Positions 36,629-50,328 of a stretch of 64,000 nt of DNA are shown piece by piece. Numbering within the stretch: position 1 is the stretch's first letter; each line of letters begins with the position of its first letter. Made by a program: the position numbers and the translations under genes. The notes under the pieces are model-generated. The model ran no database searches. It was not told where the DNA came from and saw only the letters and a list, made by a program, of their open reading frames with translations. Origin of the DNA: Gekko japonicus (Eukaryota). The stretch is from assembly GCF_001447785.1 (NCBI RefSeq), contig NW_015174272.1, positions 2,075,071 through 2,139,070 on the forward strand, in the 5' to 3' direction.

Positions 36629-39600
36629 TAGCTGAAAGACTTCTAAGAAAGAAGTGTCTGTGTGAAATTGCAAGATGGGTTTTTAAAAACAATTTTAAAT
36701 ACTCTAGCCCTATTTACAATTTCTTGGAGGCAACTTCTATTGAACACAGTGGGACTTACTTATGGTTAGGATTGGGCTGAAATGGTGGGTTTCTGCCCAT
36801 CTCTCCCCTCCGTCTCTACATGTGTGAGTGAGGGAGAGGGGCAAGAAGGTGGGGAAAGGGATGGATGTTTCCTTTTGTTGCCAAAACTTAGCTGGGAGCT
36901 GCTTTTTTCAAGTATGTGTTCTCCCTTTGCAAAATGAAGACAATGCTTTAAAGTTTTATTCATTCTCTCTGGGTCCCTTCAGATGTAATATGTCTTGGCC
37001 TTTGAGCCTGGTATTTAGAACAGACCACCTGTTGCTCTCATCTCACAAACCCTTCTCCTTGTACACAGATTCTCCCCACTAACCCTAAACATGGCTGTGT
37101 TGTCACAGATGTTACTGCTAACCAAGGCTCATTCTTCAGCCATGGATTACAGAATCTAGTTTGCATTAATGATGGCTTGGCAACTGGCCTAATATAATGA
37201 TCATTATGGTTCATTTCAGAGGAGGAAGTCATACTGAAGGGGGAATGGGCTGCAGGGGGAGCAGGATGGGGAGAAAGCATTTGATTCTGCAGCTTATCTC
37301 ACTCACTTAACTATGGTAAAAGCCTTTCATGAGTAACAAAGAAAGCTAAGTCTCAGATGTACATGGAATCTGACTTTTTCCTAATGGGCACAGTTCACCA
37401 TAGGCACACCAGCAGCCACGGTATGTATTGGCCATCTGATTGGTGTGCTTGTGGAAGGAAAAAAAACTCAGCCACCTTTCTTCCGTTACTGAATACTTGC
37501 ATTTTCCTGCACAGAGAGAGATCTTGGGAAAAGACAGTGGTTGAAGTTGCATTCAGGTTCAAGTGGTCTATTTTAACTAGCTTTGCTGCATTCTGATTTC
37601 TTTCAGTTAGGGCTTTAAAAAAGACAACCCTTGTGGTACTATTTAGATGATAAGTAGCACAGTCTCCTTCATAGCCCTTAAACCAGCATAATTTTTAAAG
37701 TATTATGTCTATATGATTAGCCTATCTATAATTACTTCAGTCAGATCCCATTAATTTCAATAGGTTTAGTAAGAAGAAACAATGCATAGGCTAGTACTGT
37801 TAATTAATTTGTCCTTGAGCAATTTTTTTTGTTCTAGCAGCTACATTTCTCATCAAATGTATTAGGTTTCAATACGCTTCCCGGTTTTCCTAGCTCTGGT
37901 TCTCTGACTAGGATTATCTAGTTGCATGAGAGGTGTTGGTTGGCAAAGTGGAGATTGTGAACAAAACATTAACATTCAGGGCAGGATCAAGCCTGCCACT
38001 TGGGGAAGGATAGTTATCAGCGCTAGCATATTTCATTCCTCGTCCACCATCTGTAGCACATTCATGTGGAGGCTTCTGAAAAGATCCTCAGTGACCTTTT
38101 CAGTACCTTTTCTCTATTTTGATTTCATGTCACGATACTGAAGTGATAGCATGAAAAGTGTCAGTTCATAGTTTTAGAGCACCTACTTCATCCCTTCTGA
38201 TTACCAGATGCTAAGAACAAACAGTGGTTGCCTTCATGCCCTGAATGTGAGCTTCTCAGAGACTACTGCTGGGCCACTGTTAGAAACAGAATGCTGAGAA
38301 ACAGATCTTTGGTCTGATCCATTACAGCAGTTCTTACTTTTCTTCTGGATGGCAGCCTTTGAACATCCAGAGCCAAAGAGCACACTGGCTTTAGCACAGA
38401 ACAAGAAATTCATGAAAAAAGGGCATGAAACACATGGGAAAAAGTCAGCCCTGTGTGCTATAGAGCTAGTGGTGCATATAAGGGAAGTGCCTTCCCACTT
38501 CTCTTTGCTGACCCTTCACATTCCCAGACAACTACATTACTATTATGTGCAGTGTTTCTGGGTTCAGAATTGCATTAAAGGCACCTTTGATCCCTTTCAA
38601 AAGTGTTGTGTGGATTCATTCTGGAGAAGTGATGGACATATTCCTCTTATGATCCATGGTTGCACCAACAATTGTTCTCATGTCTGAAACCATTGTATGA
38701 GAACAGTCACAAAACAAAGGCAGTGTCCTGTATTCTGAAGGCAGGGCCAGTCAGGTCTCCATGATGGGTAGTGCTCACAGGCTTGAATAGTGAGGCTTGA
38801 GTGTCAGCTGGAGGCTGGAGCTGGAACACAGGCATGTGCCTGGTGAACAGATTAATCAGCCAAGGCAGCTTTCCCAAGCCTCAGCCTAAATAGGCTGGGA
38901 AGCAATCAGGCTCAGCTGCCCTGCGGGCAGGTGTTGAGCTCCTGTGGCGGCACTGTGCTTTGGCCAGGATCTTGCAAAGACTGATGGTTCTCACTGCCTG
39001 GCTCTGGGATGGGGTTGTGTGCAGCCAGCTGAGCACTTCACCTCTTTTGGGCCACCTTGGCCCAGGCCTTGGAGCTGGTCGGAGGGGGTCATGACAGGCA
39101 GCCATGACAGGCAGCCACTAAGAAAGATGCAAGTATTTATCAATCTTCATAAACATGTTTCTGTCCTGAAAGTAGTAATATATATGAATCCATCCCAAAT
39201 AATTGTGGGAACAACTTGGGGAAGTAAAGCTATAGATAGTAACTTAGACACCTTATAAGACTGACAGTGTTTGGGAACACGGTGGTAAAAACGTTTTGTA
39301 ATTGTGTACAGGAGGACCCCTGCCAAAGTAACCAAGCAGGGTAGACTGATCATTTAGGTAATGGGGAGATTTCCCAGTGAGTCACTGATATAGAGGACCT
39401 CTGGTGACCAGGCATGAGCACAGCTGAACCCCAGCAACTCTGCCAACACCTCAGGGGCCACTTGGCTCAGATAATCAGCAGTAGTAACTGGAGGAAGTAA
39501 TGGATGAGCTCATGCCCATTGCAGACACGGCTAAGCCCCTGCAATGCCAAAAGGGCTGCTTAGCTTTGCTTGTTTCAGGGCCATTTTCTCTTCCCAGTCT

Positions 39601-40076
39601 GTTCTTGATAACTAAGCATGCATTCTGGGTACATATTATGGCATAACTTTTTTTAGGTAGATAAGCAGGCAGAATTTAAAAACAGCATTTTTCTAAACAG
39701 AAACCCTTGCCTTTAACTATCTCATTGTTGTGTTTAAAAGAATCCAGAACACAGTGCAGTGCTGCATCCATGATGTGGGGGGCCGTCTGGCAATGGGTCC
39801 CTTAACCTGAAAGATGAAGGTTGTGCAAGTAGGAATCTCTCATATGGAGCACCCATGAAGTTCAGAGTGAAAATGACAGCCTTGGTCTGATGAACTGGGC
39901 ACTTCTTTGTTTCCCTGCAAGCATGTTGGGCCTATGTGAGAACTAGTTAAGAGCGTTTTAAGTCTTACTGACTTCAGTGAGACGTAAAGCACACTTGTAC
40001 CATACGACACTAAGCAAAGTCGCATGCTTCTTAAGCCTGTTGACTTCAGCACACTTAGAAGGGTGTAACTGCTTAG

Positions 40077-40355
<279 letters not shown>

Positions 40356-40800
40356 TAAGACCTATAGCTTATCCCAAGGTTGCTTTCAAGGGTTGGGTTA
40401 GGTGGGCTTGGTTAGTTCAGATGCAAAGCCTAGTTTTGGCGAAATAATAATGTGGTTATGGAGAGTATAATCTACCCTGAAGTCATGGAATGAACTCCCC
40501 GAGACTTCCAGAGCAGAATATATCTGTGATGTTTGTATGTAGTTTACATTATGGTAAATTTTTCAGTTTAGTGGGCATTTGTTCTGAATCTTGAGAGAGT
40601 GGTCTGGCTTTGGAACCATAAAGCTCCATAGCCATAGAACAAAGGTCCACAACCTTTACAGTGGTATCCTAAACAAAGTTACACCCCCTGCTTAGACTTG
40701 CATTGCTAATTCTGCAGGACTTATTCTCTTCTATTTTGTAGAACAGAAGTGTCCGTTTTGGATTACACATTGTGACTTTGCATTCTGAGGTAAATTGTAC

Positions 40801-41012
40801 AACAAATTTAGAGTCCAGTAGCACCTTTAAGACCAACAAAGGTTTATTCAAGGTATGAGGCTTCATGTGAATGCACACTTTTTTTTGAAAAAGTGTGCAA
40901 GCACATGAAAACTCATACCTTGAATAAACTTTTGTTGGTCTTAAAGGTGCCACTGGACTCTAAATTTGTTCTACTGCTTCAGACCAACACAGCTGACCAA
41001 CAGAATCTATTT
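40801..41012. mobile_element. Penelope-like element remnant forming a 170-bp palindrome
   Basis: Arms 40801-40883 and 40888-40970 are near-perfect reverse complements. Confidence 0.8.
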
Positions 41013-41194
41013 TGAGGTAATTTGTGTATCACTTCCCCTTACAATTTAGTCCCAGGGTACCCAAAATAGTTCCATGAAAAATCTCACAGTATGATTTTCC
41101 TGAGTTTAAAAATTTTTTACTGCTCTAATCATGCCACTTTCTTAATGTGGGTAACTAGTGCATGGGTGTAACTGGAGTCGGGTCTTCAGTCATA

Positions 41195-41539
41195 AAGGTA
41201 AAGGTTCCCTTGCTCGAAAGCCAGTCAAATCTGACTCTAGGGTTGCGGTGCTCATCTCCGTTTCAAAGGTGAAGAGCCAGCGCTGTCCGAAGACGTTTAT
41301 GTGGTCATGTGGCCGGCATGACTAAACACCAAGGCTCACAGAACGCTGTTACCTTCCCACTGTAGTGCTACCTATTTATCTACTTGCAATTTCTTGCTTT
41401 CGAACTGCTAGGTTGGCAGGATCTGGAACTAGAGACGGGAGCTCACTCTGTCATGCGGCACACTCGGCTCTCGAACTGCTGAACTACTGACCTTCCACAG
41501 CCTGCAGTTCAGCGTCTTAACCACTTGAGCCACCGCAGA
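41195..41539 (-). mobile_element. Full-length Sauria SINE
   Basis: (AAAGGT)n tail at the left end, tRNA head at the right end; 12-bp TSD TCTTCAG(T/C)CATA. Confidence 0.92.
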
Positions 41540-41833
41540 TCTTCAGCCATATTCTTACCTTCAATAGAAGTTCACTGGCAGAACTGTTGCTATCCATCTC
41601 TGTCACTGACTTTCCCTTTTAGTAATGTACTGAATAGTTCTAGTCCATATCACTCTGACAGCATAGCCTGAATAAGTTTGCGTGTTGTCTGGTTTTGATT
41701 GTGTCTCTTTGAAGAAAAATTATGAAAACCTGTAGTGCAAAGATTTACTGATGTCTGGCAAGTCCAGGCCTAAAAAGGATCTGAAATGTGGTGTTTCTGG
41801 GTACTATTATCACTGCCAGTAGTTAGCGTGTAA

Positions 41834-42043
<210 letters not shown>

Positions 42044-43196
42044 TAGCCATAGTTGATGCTGACAAGTGAAGTAACTTTGGCTCAAATTGTGGGAGTATCT
42101 GATATCCCCATGGGGTGTCCCACTCCTGAGGCTGTTCTTTATTCCATCACAGGGTGCCTTTGTATCTTCTGTTGCCACAGGAAAACTGGGTACTCTTGAA
42201 ATCCCAGTTTCCCTTCTGCTACCAGAGCCATGCAACAGACATTCCTTCATCTGTTTCCCATTACCACCCACTTCCTCTACTCCTCTGTATTCTCCCACAC
42301 TTATTTATACCCTGGAACAGCCTGCTGATAGATTTACCTGATCTCAGGAATGAAAGCAAAAAGGAAGCTTTGGATACCAGGGCAACTCTTTGGGACGCAT
42401 GCCCATAGATTTACCAGGTCCACAATTTAGGGAGGACATCTGCACCTGTAAGAGCAGCACTGTATGTAGAGCTTCATTGAGTGTGGCTTTTTCCACCATG
42501 ATGCTACAGTGAGAAGGAGAATCTGCACTGAATGGAGGTTTTTTTCCTGTGCAGTTCTTAAAAATTCAGGAGCCTTCTCTGGTTGTGGACTTGGCAACTC
42601 TGCCGGTTCCAGGACCAGGCTTTAGGGCTCTACTCCGGCCTGTTTGTAGCATCCATCCTTGACCCTCTTCCTTCCCCTCTCCTCTGAACTGGATTGGTTT
42701 CCATCATACTTTTGAGAGACTGTTACCATCAAGAAGGCTTCCACACTTCTATTATTCCAAGGAATATGCCAAGCAGAAGTTTTTATGATGGGATCAGAAC
42801 TGCAGTATAATGGCACAGTCCAGGAGGGTACTTTTATAAGGGAACAGGATTGTAGTCTGTTGCAATGTTTATTGTTTGTATCATCCTGCTGCTACTGCAC
42901 TGTCTTGCTACAAAGGTAATCCGCTTTCCACATTAGTTATGGTATGCCATGCCTTTGATGGTTTTGTTTGCATTGTTCCCTAATTTCTGTGATCGTAGCC
43001 CTACTGCATAGTTACTGGAGGTCTTGTGCTGACTGAATTGTTTTCTGTATTTTGTGATCCACCTAGACTCTCAGTGAGAAATGTGGGCTATAAATGAAGT
43101 AAACGAAATAAATCAACATGTATTTTCACTTTAAAAAGTTCTGAGGAGCCTCTGCATTTGCCAGAATGTGTGAATAATCTTGATTGTTTTCCCCAG

Positions 43197-43269
43197 ACGC
43201 AGAATGACAATTCAGCGCCTGCAGCGTCTCAAACTGTACCAGGCCCCTCCTCTTCCTCCGCAGCAGCAG
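43197..43269 (+). CDS. NABP2: NABP2 coding exon 5
   Basis: TQNDNSAPAASQTVPGPSSSSAAA; ttttccccag|...|gtaggc; 73 nt; phases fit both neighbouring exons. Confidence 0.88.
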
Positions 43270-43403
43270 GTAGGCAGCCATCTTTAGCAGTGCTAAGTAA
43301 ACTGAGTGCTCTAGGTGAGTGATGCACATCATGACTTGTTTAGCCAGGAGGTCTGGAGGATTTATTGTCTTGCCAGATTCTTTAGCCCACTAGTAGTGCA
43401 CTA

Positions 43404-44217
43404 TAAGATTGCTGGGGAAAAGATCAGCAACCTCAGATATGCAGACGATACCACTCTAATGGCAGAAAGTGAAGAGGACCTTAAGAGCCTCTTGCTTAGA
43501 GTAAAAGAGGAGAGCGCAAAAGTGGGCTTGAAGCTCAACATCAAAAAAACTAAGATCATGGCATCCGGCCCCATCACTCCTTGGCAAATAGAAGGGGAAG
43601 TCGTGGAAGTAGTGGCAGACTTCACCTTCCTGGGATCCCAGATCACCACAGACTGTGACAGCAGCCATGACATTAAAAGATGCCTGCTCCTTGGGAGGAA
43701 AGCGATGGCGAACCTAAACAGCATGATAAAAAGTAGAGCCATCACCCTGCCAACAAAAGTCCGCATGGTCAAAGCAATGGTATTCCCAGTAGTCATGTAT
43801 GGCTGCGAGAGTTGGACTATAAGGAAGGCTGAGCGCCGAAGAATAGATTCTTTTGAACTATGGTGCTAGAGAAGACTCTTGAGAGTCCCTTGGACTGCAA
43901 GAAGATCAAATCAGTCAATCCTAAAAGAAATCAACCCTGACTGTTCCCTGGAAGGCCAGATAATGAAACTGAAGCTCAAATACTTTGGCCACCAAATGAG
44001 AAGGGAGCACTCACTGGAGAAGACCCTGATGCTGGGAAAGATTGAAGGTCAAAGAAGACGGGGACGGCAAAGGATGAGATGGTTAGACAGTGTCATAGAT
44101 GCAACGAACATGAAGTTGAGCAAACTTCAGAGGCCGGCGGAAGACTGGAGGGCCTGGCGTGATCTAGTCCATGGGGTCGCGAAGAGTCGGACTCAACTGT
44201 GCGACTGAACAACAAAA
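43404..44217 (+). mobile_element. BovB (RTE) LINE, 5'-truncated
   Basis: NLRYADDTTLMAESEE..VMYGCESWT..RRSNQSILKEI..HGVAKSRTQL; one in-frame TAG at 43867; TSD AGTGCACT(A/G)TA. Confidence 0.95.
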
Positions 44218-45028
44218 AGTGCACTGTATGCTGCATGACCTTCTGTACCTCTCTGATTCCTGCATATCTAGTCAGAGTGGTGAACAGGAGTAGTTCTATG
44301 CAAGTAGATGTGCCTAAGCCCACTGATTTTAAATGTATTGAGAGTCCCTAATACTCTATAGAATCTGGGTGTTAGAAACCAGATATAAGTAAGAACTGGA
44401 GACAGCTAGAGCCTACAGAAAACTAATGCAGCAGGGAGAAAGCTACCAATGATTTTAGTTACTGTGTAGGTTTCCTGTTTCCAGCGAGCTTTTTATATAG
44501 GAGAACATTCCAACATGTGTTCCTCCAACTGCAGTCTGACACATACACTTCTTCCTACTATGCTGTTCCTACCTTGTTCTCTTGCATGTGTAAATCAGGC
44601 AGGATGTCTTGATTTTGTTCCGAAATATGCCACTGAACCATTGCAACATTTTAAAGTCTTCACACTTTGTTTTTTAAAACTGGGATCTTTAAAGAATGTC
44701 CAATATTAAATGTATCAAGAATGGTAATATATTAGCAGAAATATTTCTTCAGATTTATTCTCATTTCCCCAAAACCATTTGCTTGTTTCTCTCCCTTCAG
44801 CTAATCTGATATCATATCCTGACAGTAAAATTTGAGTGTTCTACAGTCTACCCAGTCAGCATTCATCTTAAATGCCGTTTCATCCAATTATTGCAGTTAC
44901 TAACCAATTTAGAACTAAATCTCTATCTTCCATATTAAGTATGTTTTTTAATGTATCCCAGAAACATTTAACGGTTTAGCCTCCATGGTTTCAGTAATAT
45001 TTTTTCTCTCTCCTATACTTGTTTTTAA

Positions 45029-45226
<198 letters not shown>

Positions 45227-46503
45227 TGGGTACAGGACTAGAGGGCATCTCTTCTTCTACCGTCTGCTTGTAACCTTTTTACCTCCTAGTGACCTAACTC
45301 TGAGGCAGAGCGGTAGATATTGAGAAGAGATGGACACTGGGCTGGAGCACAGACTATGAAACCAACTTAAGTTTAGCCACTGAAATGTACTTTTAACATG
45401 TGATGCTGAGCACCAGGTGAGGAATATGGTCCTCAGTATATTTATACTTGTATTTCATGTAAAACTTGTACTTTCAGGACTCCCCACACATGTATACTAC
45501 ACTTTCACTCTTGCAGGAAATTGCCATGATCACTCTTCCAGCTTGTCTGATTTTTGTCGCACCATTTATCTTCTCACATCACTTTCCTGCCCTATGGGTG
45601 TGTGTCCTTGAATTTAGCACCATTTAGACTTCTGCAATCCTTAAAATCATTTATTGACATGGTAGATTCATAGTGAGGTTTGTGAAACTATCCTGGATTG
45701 AATTGTTTTAAGGCTGCGAACAAAAAGACAGCTATGTTTGAGTTTCTATGAAGTGTTTAGCTCTCACAAATATCTTTTACACGGGAGGGGGTATAGCAAG
45801 TCACACACAAATTTGTGCCACCTTTTCCATGCCAAACTAATATTTACTATCTCTAGGTTGCCAATACGATGACTGTTGTTTTTTCCCCAAAAATATTTTT
45901 AATAGATTGAAGCATCCTGTGGGTAGGCTTCCATAGATGTAATGATGTTAGATTAGAAGTGTGGCAAAACTGACATGAGCAGATTTTTAATTGTTCTGAA
46001 AAACTAACATTTTATTGTTGTTTTTGTGCTAGATGGCTAAATTAGATTGTATGTTTTTATTCCAGTACGCTTCAACGTGGCTGGCATAACAGTTTAACAG
46101 GGTCAGACGGTTACTGGCTCCCTGCCCATTATAGGGCCTACCAACCAGGAACTTGTGCTGCCATCTTTGTTCTTATTTAGTGCAAGGCCTTCAGAGGTGC
46201 TACATGTTGTCTCTGGCCTTTCTAAGCCTTATGTGAAGAAAGTATTCTTCCCACACTCCCCTAAGATACAACAGGGGTCTTTTGTCTCCTCACTGGCCAG
46301 GCCTTCACTCCCACCTGAGAAACTGAAGGAGCCATCGGAGGCCAAGGGCTCCAAGGGCCTTTAGAAAGCTATAGCATTTAGTGGCCTGAAGGAACATGAG
46401 TTATGGCCTGCATTGTAAATGGAATTGTTGTAAACCTTGAGAATAGGATCGGATTTTAACACTAAAATGTTTGCCCAAGTTTTAACACAATTTCTTAAAA
46501 GTC

Positions 46504-46509
46504 AATAAA
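46504..46509 (+). terminator. Candidate NABP2 polyadenylation signal
   Basis: AATAAA about 1.3 kb after the stop, followed by T/GT-rich sequence; a second AATAAA lies near 46750. Confidence 0.5.
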
Positions 46510-46987
46510 ATGTTTTACATTTTTTTGTAATTGTGGCCATAAATCAACAATATTTAAGAATATTTTAAAGGCCGTTTGCCTATTTGCTTGGGCCTCATTC
46601 TCCCCATTCCTGTGCCTCTGTTCTTTTTTCCAGAATATTAGCATGAACTAGCTGGGAAACAGGTTGTAGTATTGGTATTTTTTTAAGGAACATTACATTT
46701 GTCTAATCTGGTGTGGCTACTTGAGTGTACTATCAATGAATGTTTTGGGAATAAATACTTCAATCTTCCTTTTCTTTATTCTGCAAATCTCTGATCAGAG
46801 TAAATGGGTCATTCCATGTAACTGTGGGTACAAGGACAAAAACTCTTTATTTTTCATTAATTTTTACATATAAACCTAAGATACATAGTTGTGTAGGTTA
46901 ACAATAATTCGTGAGCAAATCTAATCAGACATCCTATGGTCCCTATCTTGATATTGTCTGATCATAAGGTAATGTAACAAGAGTTAA

Positions 46988-49010
46988 ACAGGGTTGCACT
47001 TACCTGTGACTGTTGTTCATTGAATTGTCTTCCATGGAGGCACACATCTAGAACTGTGCAGGTGCAGGCCAGTCAGGAGAGAACTTTCTAGCTGGGATGT
47101 CACAAGCTGCTTACCAATGGAGATGGGGTGAGCTGAGACAGTGGAAGGAGTATCATCTAGTCAAACAAAGAATGCAAGCCTCTTTCCCCACAGCTGACTC
47201 CTAACAATCATCAATGTCCACAGCATAGTGCTTGACGAATGTGTTGGCCAAGGACCATGTCACCACTCTACAGACATTGTTGATCCAAACACCATGGAGG
47301 AAAGCTCCTGATGAGGTGAGAGCCTGGTGGAATGAGCTTTTGCAGGGGGAGGACAGGCAACACCAACATGTAAAGAATACCGTTTAATGGTTTGAACAAT
47401 CCAGCATGAAATCATCTGGGAGGACAAAGCAGTGCCCTTAGGAGGGCCCATATGACAAACAGCAAGTGTTCCTTGCGAAAACATGTGGTACAATGTGAAT
47501 AGTACAATAAAGTTCTTTTAAGGTCCAACATATGGAGTGCTTTTTCATTTGGTGAAGAGAGGTTTGAAAAAAGGCAGGCAGAGGGATCACCTGGGGTGAA
47601 ACTTGGAGAAAACCTTAGGCAAAAAATGGAGACTGGGTTTGAGAACAACCCTATCTGGAAAGAACTGGATATATGGAGGGTCATTTCTGAGGGCAGCCAA
47701 CTCCCCCACCCAGTGTGCAGAGGAAATAGCCACCAGAAAACATACCATGAGGGATAAAAGGGGGAGAGAACATGTAGCTAAGGGTTCAAATGGGGGCAGC
47801 ATCAAACTAGAGAGTATGAGAGAAAGGCTCCATTGCAGAACTGGATGAGTTACAGGGGGATAAAAGATTATATAACCCCTTCAAAAATTGTTTGGAGGTG
47901 AAATGTGAGAACATAACATAATGGAAGACAAAGATTGCGGCAAGGTATACCTTAACAGCTGAATGAGTGAGGCCTGACATCTTTAGGTGTAACAGGTAGT
48001 TTAAAATTAAAGGTAATGGACAAGATGAGGCTTTATGCCCAGTAACTGAGAGCCACAAGGTGAATCTCTGCCATTTATAGCCATAGGATTTACAAGTAGA
48101 ATGCCGGCGAGTGGGGGGGGGGGGGGGGGGGGAGGTGTGGCTAATTGCCCCAGAGGAAACTAACGTGCGGCCGCCCGAGCACAAGTCCCGGTCGAGGTCC
48201 CGTGGTTAGGGGGGAGATGCCGACCAGACGGGTATCCTGCAGCGCGGCACAGAAGCCGCGCGGCACGATCGCACTAGCAATCGCTCTTTGTGCGCATGCA
48301 CTGTTGGGCGCTGTTGCGCAACCTGTGGAGACAAGCACCGGATGCCACGTAAGTCCACCGGAAACGCGATCAGACGCCTGCCCTTGGCCCGCGGTTTCTG
48401 GAAACTAGTACCTTGTAAGTACTAGTTTTTTAATCCGGACCTTCGGCGGGGAGCCACGGGTTCGCCACGGGAGCACTGCACTTTCCAGATGTTGGGGTGT
48501 GATCGCGCCCGGAAAATCTGCGGGACTCCCGTGCATCTCCCGTGGCAACTTTGCCATGACCGGGGCCTTAGTTTCTGCAGACTGTGACACCATAATGAGC
48601 CCTCATGTAGAAGGTCCTGAGCTAGAAGAAAATTATGAAAACAATGCTGGGACACAGCAGCAGAACCACGGCTAAAAAGGCGCTATCACTATGGCATGGG
48701 TTCTTTCCTGAGCTATCTTGGTGAGAACTTTCCCAGAAGAGGGTTCGGTGGGAAGGTGTAAATGGTTCCTCTTCAAGGGATTTGGAAGGCATTGCCCAGA
48801 GATGCAGGGTTATGGCCAGCCCTGGAAAAAAATGGGGGCTTTCTTGTTCCATCTGGTGGCAAATAGGTCTATGTTTGGGAAACCTCATGCCTGAAATATA
48901 GGAAGGATGTAGTGATTGGTAATAGAACACTGTGGTTAGGAAGGGAGACTGCTCAGGAAAATGGCTTGTTTGTTGTCTACCCCTGCAATATGGATCACGT
49001 GAATGTGATT
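46988..49010 (-). mobile_element. Decayed DIRS1-like tyrosine-recombinase retrotransposon (RNase H end, methyltransferase-like domain, YR, terminal repeat)
   Basis: Minus-strand motifs in order: HIAGVDN, PNIDLFAT, GNAF, IYTFP, STCKSY..KW..F, LVAISSAHWVGEL, FLPKV, LHMLD, AHSTR, TFVKHY. Confidence 0.88.
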
Positions 49011-49199
49011 GGGGTGAGATCTTTCCCTCTTTTTCCTTCCAACCTCACCAACTAACAGAGAGATTAGCCACAATATATAATCCTCACTCATAAGAGACAC
49101 AGAGATATGAGATTGGGATGTTAGTTGCAGCTGGAAAAGGGAGACTGTCTCAATAGTAAAGTTCCTTCAACAGAGCGATGACGATCCTGTACAAACCAA

Positions 49200-49900
49200 C
49201 CAGTCTCAGCCATACACGACGTTGTGCTCTTCCCACATCTACCAAAACGTCTGGATAATGCCAGAATCAGCGGGCACGTCATTCTAGTCTACTTTTTTTT
49301 AAATCTCCACGGAGCCACGGGAAAGCGTGGTTGCCCCTGCACAGCACCTCACTGCGGCTCTTTGCAAGTCTCCCGACAGCTTTTCCGCCGGCGGAACGCT
49401 TTCAGGCTAGCCACGCCCACCTTCCCGCCAGTTTGCCTCGCCGTTCGCCACGCGATCAGAGGGGGCTTTGAAGGTCCTTTGGAAAGAGTTAAGTGGCCTA
49501 GAGTAGTGCCTGAGTCCGCGACAAGGTAGTTTTCACGGCGTTTCAAAGGAGGGTTTTTTTTAAAGAAAGGAAGGAAGGGTATGTGGATTGAGTTTAGATG
49601 GATTTTCTGGAGCGAAGTTCAGGAAATGAGATTTGGGATAGTCGGGAAGAGGTATTGATTACCAGTTTGCGTAGTCTGCCGGTCAGGCAGAATTTAGGCG
49701 CCCCTAGAGAAGGTAGCTTGGAGGAGCTGCTGCAGCCGACACTGCGTTGGGGGTTCGGGTGGATTTGGTTTTTTGTCGTGGGAGGAGGTGGTGGTGGTGA
49801 GAACTGAGTAGGGGGAAGTAGCGAGTTTGGAAACGAGGCAGTTTTACTGTAGAGAGGATCTGTGGTGGCGTAGCAGTGTTTGTGAGAGAGTAAGCTATCA
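49200..49900. promoter_or_regulatory. CpG island / promoter upstream of the CNPY2 coding exons
   Basis: CpG-dense segment; E2F-like TTCCCGCC near 49422; GCGGAA motifs. Confidence 0.8.
49458..49889 (+). other. Non-coding first exon (PAN2 exon-1-like), probably used by CNPY2 and/or PAN2
   Basis: Starts in the CpG island and ends at donor AGA|gtaagc (49890); PAN2 similarity is from recollection, not from an alignment. Confidence 0.55.
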
Positions 49901-50304
49901 AGTCTCCGGTGCAAGTCTCACTTCTGCCACGCATTGTCCAGGGGGTAGTCCGTTTTCTCAGTACTTGCCTCTCCATGTGCACAAAACTATTGACCTACTT
50001 TACCAAGTTGCTGTGAAAGACTGATGATAGTGGTATCCGTGAAGTGATCCCCACGTTCAACTCGTATGTTATAAATGCCGTTATCAGCTTTCTATGGCGA
50101 AAGGGTGGTCAGTGGCATGTATTCTGCCTTAGGCTGGATAAAGTTTCTGCAGTCCAAGGAGTCTTCCAATTTAAGTGGTTCTTCCGTTGGAAGAAGGCTT
50201 TAAACGTTGCTCAGTGGAGTGATATGATCTATGCTACTAAAACTAGTGGTTTGAAATATGATGAAAGGGGAGGGTTGATGTTGATCAAAGGATAGAGTAG
50301 GGAA

Positions 50305-50328
50305 NNNNNNNNNNNNNNNNNNNNNNNN
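50305..50328. other. Assembly gap (24 N)
   Basis: Run of N. Confidence 0.99.

Noticed and set aside
38690-39100. Possible solo LTR (similar LTR-like stretch at 63490-64000)
   Set aside because: LTR-like composition, but no TSD or partner could be confirmed by eye
47260-48184. Phage integrase / bacterial horizontal transfer
   Set aside because: Motif order and adjacent RNase H/MT remnants identify a DIRS retrotransposon
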